A DNA stretch of 62,633 nt, the filler included, from Chiloscyllium plagiosum (lineage: Eukaryota): NCBI RefSeq assembly GCF_004010195.1. It is 4 parts of one record of this genome, joined end to end, with 100 filler letters (N's around TTAATTAATTAA, not from the genome) between each part and the next. Parts side by side here need not be neighbours in the genome. Positions count along the whole stretch, not along the records: positions 51,751 to 62,633 come from NC_057714.1; 3 more parts are not named here. One strand, given 5' to 3'. The notes beneath the pieces were generated by a model. It did no database searches. It was given only the letters and a program-made list of their open reading frames with translations, and had not been told where the DNA came from. The translations under genes were made by a program, and so were the position numbers. Positions 62,370 to 62,633 of this stretch are shown here, in pieces. The first letter of the stretch is position 1. Each line of letters opens with the position of its first letter.

Positions 62370-62633
62370 CCATAAGACCATAAGACAAAGGAGTGGAAGT
62401 AAGGCCATTCGGCCCATCGGGTCCACTCCGCCATTCAATCATGGCTGATGGACATTTCAACGCCACTTACCCGCATTCTCCCCGTAGCCCTTAATTCCTT
62501 GTGACATCAAGAATTTATCAATCTCTGCCTTGAAGACATTTAGCGTCCCAGCCTCCACTGCACTCTGTGGCAATGAATTCCACAGACCCACCACTCTCTG
62601 GCTGAAGAAATGTCTCCGCATTTCTATTCTGAA
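62370..62633 (-). mobile_element. CR1 LINE 3' end with (tcttatgg)n tail, runs off the window
   Basis: cataagaccataagac tail, 3' stem-loop region and FRIEMRRHFFSQRVVGLWNSLPQ on the minus strand. Confidence 0.8.

Overview
Repeat-dense vertebrate genomic DNA, almost certainly from an elasmobranch (shark), inferred from HE1-type V-SINEs and abundant CR1 LINEs. Two host genes are recognisable. The first is a complete two-coding-exon serotonin receptor HTR5A on the minus strand (38139-37438 joined to 35195-34863, 344 aa). The second is one 618-bp internal coding exon of PAXIP1/PTIP on the plus strand (45531-46148), in the same divergent arrangement as in mammals. The rest is mostly CR1, Rex1/Babar, SINE, LTR-like and many Penelope-like element (PLE) relics. 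The most striking signal is a set of at least four sequence-distinct families of minimal type-I hammerhead ribozyme motifs in PLE termini (CUGANGA, stem II, GAAA, palindromic ACGU or AGCU, NUH). They occur in TSD-flanked fold-back insertions that turn at the ribozyme, in a tandem dimer and in a 0.9-kb internally deleted mini-element. A 49-bp satellite derives from the adjacent PLE tail. Two unclassified decayed coding-like tracts (one tentatively Polinton-capsid-like) and several candidate conserved non-coding elements are also flagged. Three 100-bp gaps with a TTAATTAATTAA spacer are assembly artefacts. All calls come from reading the sequence by eye; no searches were run.
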